A stretch of DNA of 20,000 nucleotides from IMG/VR virus record IMGVR_UViG_3300027917_000037. The stretch is one strand, 5' to 3'. Shown piece by piece: positions 1-8,692 of this stretch (positions are counted from its first letter, which is position 1; each line of letters starts with the position of its first letter). Made by a program: the position numbers and the translations under genes. Under the pieces are notes generated by a model. That model saw only the letters and a list, made by a program, of their open reading frames with translations, made no database searches and was not told where the DNA came from. The DNA comes from an uncultured virus (IMG/VR IMGVR_UViG_3300027917_000037). Its lineage: Duplodnaviria > Heunggongvirae > Uroviricota > Caudoviricetes.

Positions 1-14
1 AAGAGCCAACTCGT

Positions 15-389
15 ATGTCTGTTGATGATCTCCAGTCTTTAATTGAATTAGGTTGCGTTCGCGACCAGGTTGAAATTAATGGAAGAACTTTTTCCATGAG
101 AACTCTGAATGCAATGGAACGATTAGAACTTGCAAAGTTTTTGGGTGATGAACCGACCGCAGAAAGATTGTTTGATTTTAATACCAAACTGCTTGCAGTA
201 TCCATTGAAACCGTAGATGGCCTTCCATTTGAAGATTTCCATTCTAATCCTAAATTAGATCCTATTCAACGCAAACAGGAATTGTTGGCTGTAATGCAAT
301 CTCCGGTTCTTGGAAAACTGTTGGAGTTTTATAATGAAATTACAGAAAGATGTGATGCACAGTTTGATCTAGAAGAAATAAAAAACTAG
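15..389 (+). CDS. Tail assembly chaperone (lambda gpG-like position), probably 5'-truncated by the window edge
   Basis: Small acidic ORF upstream of the tape-measure-like gene, ending ...ATA AAA AAC TAG on a slippery heptamer. The frame is open back to position 3 (GAG CCA ACT CGT ATG) and there is no SD before ATG15, so the real start may lie upstream. The assignment rests on synteny and the frameshift signal. Confidence 0.75.
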   Translation: MSVDDLQSLIELGCVRDQVEINGRTFSMRTLNAMERLELAKFLGDEPTAERLFDFNTKLLAVSIETVDGLPFEDFHSNPKLDPIQRKQELLAVMQSPVLGKLLEFYNEITERCDAQFDLEEIKN

Positions 390-444
390 CAGAGGGGTCA
401 TGGCACCGACTCCGATGGAAACTTTGTAAAGCATTGAGGGTGCC
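380..444 (+). promoter_or_regulatory. Programmed -1 ribosomal frameshift signal: A_AAA_AAC heptamer, 7-nt spacer, predicted H-type pseudoknot
   Basis: The heptamer at 380-386 is in the correct phase just before TAG387-389. Stem 1: GGGGUC 394-399 pairs with GACUCC 408-413 (one G-U). Stem 2: GGCACC 402-407 pairs with GGUGCC 439-444. Confidence 0.8.
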
Positions 445-805
445 CGTTGATCATAAAGTTTTTCAACAATCTAATGATGCTCAAATGCTTTGGTATCAAA
501 TTCAAGTTGCTTTAGACGATAAAGATCAATTTGAAATATTAAGAGATGTAGCAGAACATAATGCTATGTTTATGAATCCTGAGGGAGTACAGCAAGTGAG
601 AGATGCAAGGGAAAATACCTATGAAACTCCTGAAGATGAATTTAATGATATGCTTAAAGATACATTTGGTCGAGATATACCAGAGGTGCCAGAAAACGAA
701 AGAGTTTCATTTAAAGATATCTTAGAACAGCAGAGAAAAGACAAAAGAGTTGATCCATATTTGGAGATGGAATTAGACGAAGTTAGTTTTATACCACTAA
801 AGTGA
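386..805 (+). CDS. -1 frame extension of the tail assembly chaperone (gpGT-like 'T' part); includes track ORF 434..805
   Basis: The -1 frame is open from 368 (after TGA365-367) to TGA803-805 and reads LAEGSWHRLRWKLCKALRVPVDHK... The track start at 434 is a TTG with no SD. Fusion length is 263 aa counted from ATG15. Confidence 0.75.
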   Translation, partial: LAEGSWHRLRWKLCKALRVPVDHKVFQQSNDAQMLWYQIQVALDDKDQFEILRDVAEHNAMFMNPEGVQQVRDARENTYETPEDEFNDMLKDTFGRDIPEVPENERVSFKDILEQQRKDKRVDPYLEMELDEVSFIPLK

Positions 806-815
806 GGCTTTATAA

Positions 816-3095
816 ATGGCTGACGATCCAACCACTAGTACCATAACTCAGGAAGAATTAGATAGGCTTAAAGAATTAGAACAAACAAAGGCACGATTGG
901 TGGCTCAAGAAGCAAAATTACGGGCTGAAGGAACACTAACAAAAGAGCAAATGTTGGAGTTCAGTAAGGCAATTGCTGCGGTTGATCTACAAATTGGAAG
1001 TTTGAAAGATAAATTAAGTGTTAGTGAGCGTATGAGCAGGGAGTTGGGTAGTGCTGTAGAGTCTGTTAAAAAACAGTTTGGTGCTTTGGGTGGACCTCTT
1101 GGTGCAATTGTCCAACAAATTGGTGGGGGGCTGGTTGATGCACTTAGCAAATATGGACATGCTGCAGCAACTATAGGATCATCCCAATATAGAGATTTTG
1201 TTAATCCTTTGCAAAGTGGTTCGTTGGCTGTTTTAAGTTTAATTCCAGGAGTTAAGTCTTTAGATGAAGCAATTTCTAATTTAAGAAAAACACAAACATC
1301 TGCTCGTATTGCTGCTACACTTTTTGGTGTCGAAATTAAAGAGGCCGATCGAGCAGCAAGTGAATATCCTCAAGCGTTACGCAGATCTGCTGCGGCTACA
1401 GGTATAACCACTGAAAAACTTAATGAAATGACACAGGCTATGCGTATTGTTCCAGGAGCACTGCGTTTGGCACAAGGTGGGTTTGCTGGCATTACTGCTA
1501 TTCAAAAAGAGGCTATTCAGCCGATGGCAGTATTAGCAACCGTTAGTTCGGCTTTTGGCATGACCTCTACAGAAGCAGCAAATATGGGTGCTGAAGCCTG
1601 GAAAAATTTTGGGCAATCGGCAGAAGATACTGTGCGCCAAATGGGTATTATGGCAGATGCTTCGCGTCAAACAGGAGTTGATAGGCGTACGGCACGAGAA
1701 CAAATTCAAAGCGCTAGTTCCAGTTTGGCCATTTTTGGTCAACGCACAGGGGCTGCGGCCGGTACATGGACGACTTTTATGTCAAGTCTTAGAGGGGCTG
1801 GAGTTCCCATCAGCGAAGTAGGAAAAATTGTTGAGAGTGTAACGCAAAGTATTGCTGGTATGAGCGTTCAGCATCGCGCTTTTATTGGTATGATGAGTGG
1901 TATGACGCAAGGTCGTACGGCTTTAGGTGGCGCGTTACAACTTGAACTAGCAATGAGATCTCCTGAAGGTATGCAACGCAATCTTCAATCTCTAACATCC
2001 ACCTTAGCACAGTTTGCTGGCGGTAAAGTTATAACCCTAGAAGAAGCGGCACGCAATCCGCAATTAGAAATGCAATTTCAATTACAGCGACAAATGCTTG
2101 GCAAATTGACTGGCATTACTAGTTCCGAACAGCAAAATAGAGTATTAGAGACTCTACAGAATGTCCAACGGGGCGGCATGTCTCAAGTCGAAGGAAGTCG
2201 CGAGTTAGAAAAAGCATATAAAGAAGGTAAAACCATTCAAGAGCGTAACCTTTCAGCACTACAAAGAATTGAACAAGTTTTAAGAGCAGGGTTTGGTCAA
2301 GAGGCTGATGTTCAACTAGAAGATGTGGATGAGGCTTTTAGAAGTTTACGTGGTGTAGGACAGGATGTTGGTGGTGGCCTACGAACGGCAGTAAGGCAAA
2401 TTGCTCAGGCTCCAATAAGAGGTCGAATGGCTGGCACTACTGCAGCAGAAAGCGCTTTTGAGGCGCTTGGTAGGCAGGCCAGATGGGGTCCAAGAGGAGC
2501 GGCTGAGGGAGCGGCTCGCCGACAGGGAGAGCCAATGCAATATGTTAGCAGATTAATCAACAGATTGACCGGCGGTTTGTTCGAAAGATATGGACGAGCC
2601 CCGACAGTTCGTGCGAGACAGCCAAGGAGACCGGCTGGAGAGCCTATTCCAGCCAGAGTTCCTATGATTTTGCGTGCCCCTACAACACAGCGTCGAGGTG
2701 TTGTTCCAAATATTAGAACCCCTGCAAGAAGAGCGAGAGGGGTTGATCAAAGGATTGCACCTACGGCAAGAGGTACAAACCGTGCACTATCTGCTTTGAC
2801 AACTGGAATGGCAAGAAGAGATGGCCGTAAGGTGCAACTTATGACAGAACTTCTCGGGGTTGTTAAGCGCTTGACACCTGCCGAAAGAACAGCAGTACCT
2901 GAAGCACTATTAACTCGTGCTCCTGGAGCCACACCGCCTGGTGTACCGACTCCCGTAGTAACTACGGAAAGAGCAGGAACAACCTCTACCATTACAGTTA
3001 AAATAACTGATGAGGGAAGAACAGATGCGAGCAAAAAGATACATGATGATGTTTTGACAGCCGTTTATAAAAGCGTATTGGGTGTCAACTATTAG
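816..3095 (+). CDS. Tape measure protein-like (759 aa) with Arg/Pro-rich C-terminal region
   Basis: Directly follows the frameshifting chaperone pair. N-terminal coiled-coil, Ala/Gly/Gln/Met-rich helical body. GAGG SD at 804-807. Confidence 0.75.
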   Translation: MADDPTTSTITQEELDRLKELEQTKARLVAQEAKLRAEGTLTKEQMLEFSKAIAAVDLQIGSLKDKLSVSERMSRELGSAVESVKKQFGALGGPLGAIVQQIGGGLVDALSKYGHAAATIGSSQYRDFVNPLQSGSLAVLSLIPGVKSLDEAISNLRKTQTSARIAATLFGVEIKEADRAASEYPQALRRSAAATGITTEKLNEMTQAMRIVPGALRLAQGGFAGITAIQKEAIQPMAVLATVSSAFGMTSTEAANMGAEAWKNFGQSAEDTVRQMGIMADASRQTGVDRRTAREQIQSASSSLAIFGQRTGAAAGTWTTFMSSLRGAGVPISEVGKIVESVTQSIAGMSVQHRAFIGMMSGMTQGRTALGGALQLELAMRSPEGMQRNLQSLTSTLAQFAGGKVITLEEAARNPQLEMQFQLQRQMLGKLTGITSSEQQNRVLETLQNVQRGGMSQVEGSRELEKAYKEGKTIQERNLSALQRIEQVLRAGFGQEADVQLEDVDEAFRSLRGVGQDVGGGLRTAVRQIAQAPIRGRMAGTTAAESAFEALGRQARWGPRGAAEGAARRQGEPMQYVSRLINRLTGGLFERYGRAPTVRARQPRRPAGEPIPARVPMILRAPTTQRRGVVPNIRTPARRARGVDQRIAPTARGTNRALSALTTGMARRDGRKVQLMTELLGVVKRLTPAERTAVPEALLTRAPGATPPGVPTPVVTTERAGTTSTITVKITDEGRTDASKKIHDDVLTAVYKSVLGVNY

Positions 3096-3098
3096 GAG
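3094..3098 (+). promoter_or_regulatory. Shine-Dalgarno AGGAG for 3105 (representative; similar GGAG/GAGG sites precede 816, 3929, 8692, 10930, 12964, 14634, 15064 and 18308)
   Basis: TAGGAGATTTAAATG; the SD overlaps the TMP stop codon. Confidence 0.7.
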
Positions 3099-3104
3099 AT
3101 TTAA

Positions 3105-3929
3105 ATGGCTTTTGATAATAGGGTTCTGCCAAATTTAAGTTCTAGTGCCAATACCTCTTTAACAAACAAGGTAGAAAGTAGAGAGGGTAATCTAACCCTT
3201 CCTGATATTGTTGCTGAAAATCCGCAAACACCCCATGGAAGACGGAATAGGCAGTTGCTTCGCTGGAGAGTGCCTGGATTGGGATTTGTGGATATGTATA
3301 TTAACCCACAACAACTGCAAATTCAGGAAAAGAAAATCATCCAAAAACAGCGTACAAAGGGTGGATATATAATACAATATTGGGGAGAAGAATTAACAAC
3401 TGTCAGAATAGACGGCAATACTGGTGCTGCAGGAATTGAAGGTATTAATATCCTATACAAGGTATACAGAGCAGAACAAAATGCTTTTCAAGAAGTCGAG
3501 CAAACTCTCGCTGATAGACTTAATTCGCTAACACGTACTTCAACACTTGGTAGTTTTGCAAATAAGGCATCTCAACAGGGTTTAGGCGCTGCCGCAGGTA
3601 GTCTTGTCAGCGATATGCTAGGAGGAGCCAAAAATCCCCCACTTCTTCCAACTTTAGGATCTCTTGCAGTTGCAGTGGAATTGTATTATCAAGGTTGGGT
3701 TTTTAAAGGTTTTTTTGAAGATTTTAGTGTTACTGAATCCGTTTCTAATGGTGTAGGTCTTTTTACTTATAATATGACATTTACTGTCACAGAGCGTCGT
3801 GGTGTTCGCACAAACTTCATGCCATGGCATAGGCAACCTGCAACACTCGACAGATCTTCTGGCAACCCTAATGGATTTAATAAGGCGGATGCCAGATCGA
3901 CACCCTTAAGTTTTGGTGGAGAGGAATAA
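3105..3929 (+). CDS. Tail tube initiator / baseplate-tube junction protein (P2 gpU / T4 gp48-gp54-like)
   Basis: Motifs MYINPQQLQIQEKK..QRTKGGYIIQYWGEELTTVRIDGNTG and YQGWVFKGFFEDFSVTES..LFTYNMTFTV resemble tube-fold initiator proteins. Sits between the TMP and hub genes. AGGAG SD. Confidence 0.65.
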   Translation: MAFDNRVLPNLSSSANTSLTNKVESREGNLTLPDIVAENPQTPHGRRNRQLLRWRVPGLGFVDMYINPQQLQIQEKKIIQKQRTKGGYIIQYWGEELTTVRIDGNTGAAGIEGINILYKVYRAEQNAFQEVEQTLADRLNSLTRTSTLGSFANKASQQGLGAAAGSLVSDMLGGAKNPPLLPTLGSLAVAVELYYQGWVFKGFFEDFSVTESVSNGVGLFTYNMTFTVTERRGVRTNFMPWHRQPATLDRSSGNPNGFNKADARSTPLSFGGEE

Positions 3930-6900
3930 TGGCAATAGTTTTTTCATCTCAGGCAAATCTTTCTGGTTCGGGAAACATTCTTGGAGATTTAGCAGATTCT
4001 TTTGGTATTCCAGGTTTCCCAGAGCCCGATACAAGAAAAAGTGGCATAACTTCTGACATAGAATCTGTTCGTAATAAAATGAACGATATTGTTGGAAAGT
4101 TAATGGGAAAGAAAGAGTCTTTTGATCACAACTATGTTGGAAGTGGTAAAAAGGAGGTTATAGGTAGCGGTTTGGAAGGAGGTACGGCTTCACCTATTGA
4201 AGAGGCTAATATTAGACAAGTTTACAGTCAAACACCACAACTTAGTGTTATTATAAGGAAAAGAGCATTTTCTTCTCTAAGTCACCTTTATGACGGCTCT
4301 TTAATGGATGGGGCAGAAAAGTGGCTTTTGCGAGCCACCAAACGTTTAATAGAGCGTAAGTGCTTTATTATGGCTGAATATGAGCGTCTCATGAAAGTAG
4401 AGAGAATGTTATTGGCTGGTGCAAGTACCGCATCAGTACTAGCCTCATTGATATCTTCTTCTCTCGATGACACAGACACGGGTTCGGAATGGGGTGAAAG
4501 TGAAAAGGCAAATGAGTTTACTTCAGCGGTAGCGTTGGAGCGTATTATAGAAGCCAGACAGCCTGTGACCGTATCGACATTTTTCAAAGACCCAGAAAGT
4601 GTTGGGTTGGAAGATTTGGGTGAAGGAAGTGGTGCTTTTGAAATAACTACCATTTCAGATTTAAATACAAGTTTAGATATAGATGGTAATGGATCATGCT
4701 CGTTTACTATTGAAGACCCATATAAAATTCTTTTTGTAACCGAAGAAGATATTGAAGTTTCATTAAGGGAAACGGCGCCATCAAATCTTCAATCTGCACA
4801 TAAAGGAAAACAGGTAACAACATTGTTAGAAAGCGCTCAGGTAGCAGATGATTCTCTTACTGCAAGCAGAAAGGCAAGGGGTGTTAGCCAAATTACCTTT
4901 TCTGTTAGTATGAGTGGTTCTAGTGGTGTTAGTGCAGTTATTGATGCTTTAGGGTTTGAACTTACCACAAATAATTTTGATGATGTGCCAGAAGGATACG
5001 AACTTAATAGTTTTGAACGAACGCTATTTGGAACTGTTATGGCGGGGCTAAAAGCCTATGATCAAATGGTAAGACTCAATATCTTAAAAGGAGTTAATGC
5101 TGCAAACAATTCACAGGAAATGGCTGAAAATATGTCGTATGCTCGTAAAAGGATGCGGTTATTTTATCTTGGAAAATCAATTATCCAACCAATGGATTCG
5201 ATAAATGTTTTTCTTGCGGGCGGCACACGCAAATCTGGTGAAGGAGAGGATGTCACAGAAGATAATGATATATTCAGTCTCGATGGCGCAATTAGTACGG
5301 CTGCTTCTGTTTTATCCCATTATAGAGAGGATGGGCAATTAGATCAGGGTCCAGACGAAGATTTGCTCAGAGAAGAGTGGGAGGAGGCGGGAAGTTTTCT
5401 TACTTTTGAAGATTTCAAAAAAGTCAGGTCTGTTCAACTCAGCACCGAAAGTAGCACCCATGTTTTCGGCGGTCTTGTAAAAACTGTAGTAGATAAATTT
5501 GATGCAAGTTCTGGAAAGTATACTATGAGTGTACAGGTTGATTCAAACATGGAATGGCTTAAAATATCTAGGTATAATAGCCAACCTTCTTTAGATCAAA
5601 CACAAGGATTGGTGTATGATCCATTTACTCCATTTACCTATGAAACTGATGCAGCCACAGGTTTACCTACAGGTGAACCAAGATTGCTACCCGAAAATGA
5701 ACGCCTGTTGAATAATGACTGTCGTAAAATTTTTCACGATACTGGCGTCAAACGAGGTAGTGAAGTCAAAGGGCTGAATGACTTATTAGTGGATGTGCAA
5801 CACTTGGGCGGCAACTTAAAAAAAATGTTTCATCATACTCCAGGTCTCAAATATAGATGGAAAGATGGGATTATGACTGCCATTTATGACATGTCGACCA
5901 CAAATCCTTTAAATGGTAAAAGAGTGGATTATAAACAATTGCGCAGGGATGTGGGTTTATTTACCTCAAACACCCCATTTGATAACATGGATGCTGCTAA
6001 TATTATTAGTGTAATGGTGACTGGCCAACCGTATAATATTAATAGTTTTATTCAAAGTGCTCTTAATAGCGGTACTTTTATTACTGACACATCTCTTAAT
6101 AACAAGAAGAGTTATTTTTCAAGCCTTCTCGATATTCAAAATTCTTTTATAAGAACTCATGGTAGTTTTGCTCCTTATAAATATTTTGCTGTTGATCCTG
6201 ATGATCTTGCAAAAGCCATTTTATTACAACAAAGATTAACTGGAAAATCAAGTGAAATGCAACGACTTCAAACTCAATACGCAAAACTTGCGGATAAGGT
6301 TGCTAATTTTTCTGGGAAGCAAAGTGCTGCAATAACAAAACTTTTGTCTGGTTTAAAACAGAAGCGTTTAGAGATTAAATCACAATTACAGCGCGCTTCT
6401 ACTGAATTCTCTGAACTCACAAAAACCGGAGAATCACTTAAGGATAATGTTATTCAAATTGCTGGAAATGATATCTCCTTTGATCTTGCGGACATTGATG
6501 GTTTAGAGGATTATAGGCGCTTTGGAGATAGGTTATTTCATGCGACATTGCGAAGAAGAGAAGATGTTATTTATAACCAAGATTCCAACTATCTTATAGT
6601 ATCAGACGAGTATGATAAAGATTATGATATTCAGGCTTTTGTTTTGCAGTTAAGGAATCAAGTGGCTGATATGTGGGAAAGTTCATGGCAATCTGTATAT
6701 CAATTGTGTCAAACTGTAGCAGAAACGCTTAACTTTGAGTTTTTCTGCTCTTCGCAAGGTCATTTAATCTTTCGACCACCACAATATAACAGAACTCCTG
6801 CTTCTGTATTGGCGGCTATGTTATCCTTTAGCAAGGATGCTGGTATTACAGTTTTCCCTGAATTTTTGACAAAACTCTTTCGCTCAAGGGAAGAAAGTAT

Positions 6901-8692
6901 TATAAATGATATAAATATAATAGAATGGAAAATTATCAAGAATGCTGCTTTATTAGGAAAAACCTCACTCCCAGATATTCATCAACTGATTGGATCGAAT
7001 ATAATTTTTCTTAAGGATGATTCTTTTGATACGCGAGCAGCTACCGATGCAAACGCGCCCCTAGACCCTGTGGATAGGATGAATCTTTTAGAAAATGTAA
7101 GAGCGAGTAATCAAGAAACGCAGGCTTTTTATAAGGGGATATTTTCTGCGGCTCAGCAACTCTCTTTATATAAAGAACTTGCTGGAGAGGAAACTGTGAA
7201 GTTATCTGTAAGCAGACAACCATCTGAAAAGTTGTATGAAACGGCTACCCAGAATATAGCTAAACTATCTGGACAGCCTGTCTCCAACCTTCAAGAATAT
7301 GATAAAGCAAAAGTTGGAGTTTCTCGCAATGGCTTGTCAACACCAGCAACTGATATTGCCAATTTAATTTCAGATATTGCAGGTTTGGTTAGCCAACGCT
7401 CCAAACTTTTGATAACATTGGAAAAAATATTAGACCAAAATATCGAGATGAATGAACTCAACTCTGATGCCTCAAACACACTTAAACAATCCAGTTATTT
7501 AAATGTTGCGAAACTTTTTGAAAAAGGTAAGGGTGTTTATAACAAACTTATTGAAGATGATACTAGAAATGTTATAGGTCACTTATCTGGAGAAAGATTT
7601 ATTATTAAAGATGAACATATTATAAATGCTACATTCACAGAGCAGCCACCTTCTATGACAGTGGCTGCGGTTTCTGGTACTGAGCCTATAGTTGGAGAGG
7701 GGCAGGGGAAAATAGCAGGTATGCCTTTATATCTTGCCTATGGTGTAGATTTTGATATGTGGCGTCAATATGGCTGGCGTGGACAGAAACCATTTGAAAA
7801 ACCATTTTTTTGGAGTGCTGATAAGCAATGTGCACCATATGCTGTGATGTTGTTATCTCGTCAACGAAAAAATATTATCACAGGTACGATAACGGTTATG
7901 GGAAATGAATTTTATCAGTTGGGGGATGTTGTATATGTTGCAGACAGACAGTTGTTGTATTATGTGACCAAAGTTAGTCATACCATTTCTTATAATGGAG
8001 ATTTTAAAACCACATTAGATCTGAAATATGGCCATGCACCTGGTGAATATATTCCCACACCACTGGATGTAATTGGGAAACTTTCCACTTCTAAGTCCAA
8101 AACTCAAAGCGCTTTTAGAATGCGTAGAGAAAAATCACAAACCAACATTTTTCTTGGTGTGGTTAGATTTCAAAAAACAGAATACGAGCAGACACCTGGA
8201 ACTTCAGATATAAAAAAGGCAATGCTTAATGGTAAATATGGAAAAGATAATTTCAGATCTTTGGTAAATTCCGTAGTAAAGGCTAAAAGGGAAATTGAAG
8301 AAGATGATGCTGAAGAAAGTGCGCGCATATATGTTATGACTTACGCAGGAGATGAAGACACTCAAAATACCAAAAGAGAAGTAATATCCAAATGGTTCCA
8401 AAATCCAGAACGGCCCACAACTTCTGGAAATAAAATTGGTATGCCATCGGTAACGACTTCGCAGAAAAACACAAAAAAACTTAGCGATTATAAGATAGAT
8501 TCAAAATTCATAAAACACGAGCATTTAAGATTATGTTTGCCAGATGGGGAAAAATTCACTGAAACTGAGAATACTTTAATTAAACAGTTGAAAATGACTG
8601 CCTCACAAGAGGCTATCGCTTTTGATGAAACATTGGAAAATGTGGTTGAAATTCGTTTGCGTAGAGCACCGCCAGGCGGCTGGAGTGATTAA
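3929..8692 (+). CDS. Very large baseplate hub protein (T4 gp27 / P2 gpD / Mu gp44-like fold with long insertions), 1587 aa
   Basis: Hub-like motifs: VFGGLVKTVVD..YTMSVQVDSNMEWL; SVYQLCQTVAETLNFEFFCSSQGHLIFRPP; TGTITVMGNEFYQLGDVVYV..YYVTKVSHTISYNGDFKTTLDL. Start overlaps the upstream stop (TAATG 3927-3931). Confidence 0.75.
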   Translation: MAIVFSSQANLSGSGNILGDLADSFGIPGFPEPDTRKSGITSDIESVRNKMNDIVGKLMGKKESFDHNYVGSGKKEVIGSGLEGGTASPIEEANIRQVYSQTPQLSVIIRKRAFSSLSHLYDGSLMDGAEKWLLRATKRLIERKCFIMAEYERLMKVERMLLAGASTASVLASLISSSLDDTDTGSEWGESEKANEFTSAVALERIIEARQPVTVSTFFKDPESVGLEDLGEGSGAFEITTISDLNTSLDIDGNGSCSFTIEDPYKILFVTEEDIEVSLRETAPSNLQSAHKGKQVTTLLESAQVADDSLTASRKARGVSQITFSVSMSGSSGVSAVIDALGFELTTNNFDDVPEGYELNSFERTLFGTVMAGLKAYDQMVRLNILKGVNAANNSQEMAENMSYARKRMRLFYLGKSIIQPMDSINVFLAGGTRKSGEGEDVTEDNDIFSLDGAISTAASVLSHYREDGQLDQGPDEDLLREEWEEAGSFLTFEDFKKVRSVQLSTESSTHVFGGLVKTVVDKFDASSGKYTMSVQVDSNMEWLKISRYNSQPSLDQTQGLVYDPFTPFTYETDAATGLPTGEPRLLPENERLLNNDCRKIFHDTGVKRGSEVKGLNDLLVDVQHLGGNLKKMFHHTPGLKYRWKDGIMTAIYDMSTTNPLNGKRVDYKQLRRDVGLFTSNTPFDNMDAANIISVMVTGQPYNINSFIQSALNSGTFITDTSLNNKKSYFSSLLDIQNSFIRTHGSFAPYKYFAVDPDDLAKAILLQQRLTGKSSEMQRLQTQYAKLADKVANFSGKQSAAITKLLSGLKQKRLEIKSQLQRASTEFSELTKTGESLKDNVIQIAGNDISFDLADIDGLEDYRRFGDRLFHATLRRREDVIYNQDSNYLIVSDEYDKDYDIQAFVLQLRNQVADMWESSWQSVYQLCQTVAETLNFEFFCSSQGHLIFRPPQYNRTPASVLAAMLSFSKDAGITVFPEFLTKLFRSREESIINDINIIEWKIIKNAALLGKTSLPDIHQLIGSNIIFLKDDSFDTRAATDANAPLDPVDRMNLLENVRASNQETQAFYKGIFSAAQQLSLYKELAGEETVKLSVSRQPSEKLYETATQNIAKLSGQPVSNLQEYDKAKVGVSRNGLSTPATDIANLISDIAGLVSQRSKLLITLEKILDQNIEMNELNSDASNTLKQSSYLNVAKLFEKGKGVYNKLIEDDTRNVIGHLSGERFIIKDEHIINATFTEQPPSMTVAAVSGTEPIVGEGQGKIAGMPLYLAYGVDFDMWRQYGWRGQKPFEKPFFWSADKQCAPYAVMLLSRQRKNIITGTITVMGNEFYQLGDVVYVADRQLLYYVTKVSHTISYNGDFKTTLDLKYGHAPGEYIPTPLDVIGKLSTSKSKTQSAFRMRREKSQTNIFLGVVRFQKTEYEQTPGTSDIKKAMLNGKYGKDNFRSLVNSVVKAKREIEEDDAEESARIYVMTYAGDEDTQNTKREVISKWFQNPERPTTSGNKIGMPSVTTSQKNTKKLSDYKIDSKFIKHEHLRLCLPDGEKFTETENTLIKQLKMTASQEAIAFDETLENVVEIRLRRAPPGGWSD

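Noticed and set aside
434..805. Independent 123-aa gene starting at TTG434
   Set aside because: No SD at a usable spacing, unlike the other genes. It is better explained as the -1 frameshift extension of ORF 15..389.
811..818. TATAAATG resembling the T4 late promoter TATAAATA; TAAATG/TAATG recurs at several gene starts
   Set aside because: It overlaps the start codon and has a mismatch. A/T-rich spacers and stop-start coupling explain the recurrence.
2409..2960. High-GC patch as a possible foreign insertion or mobile element
   Set aside because: The reading frame is continuous, no flanking repeats were seen, and the GC rise is explained by Arg/Gly/Ala/Pro codons.
8212..8218. In-frame A_AAA_AAG heptamer in the hub gene
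   Set aside because: The -1 frame stops after three further codons, no stimulatory structure is evident, and such runs are expected from Lys-Lys codons in AT-rich DNA.
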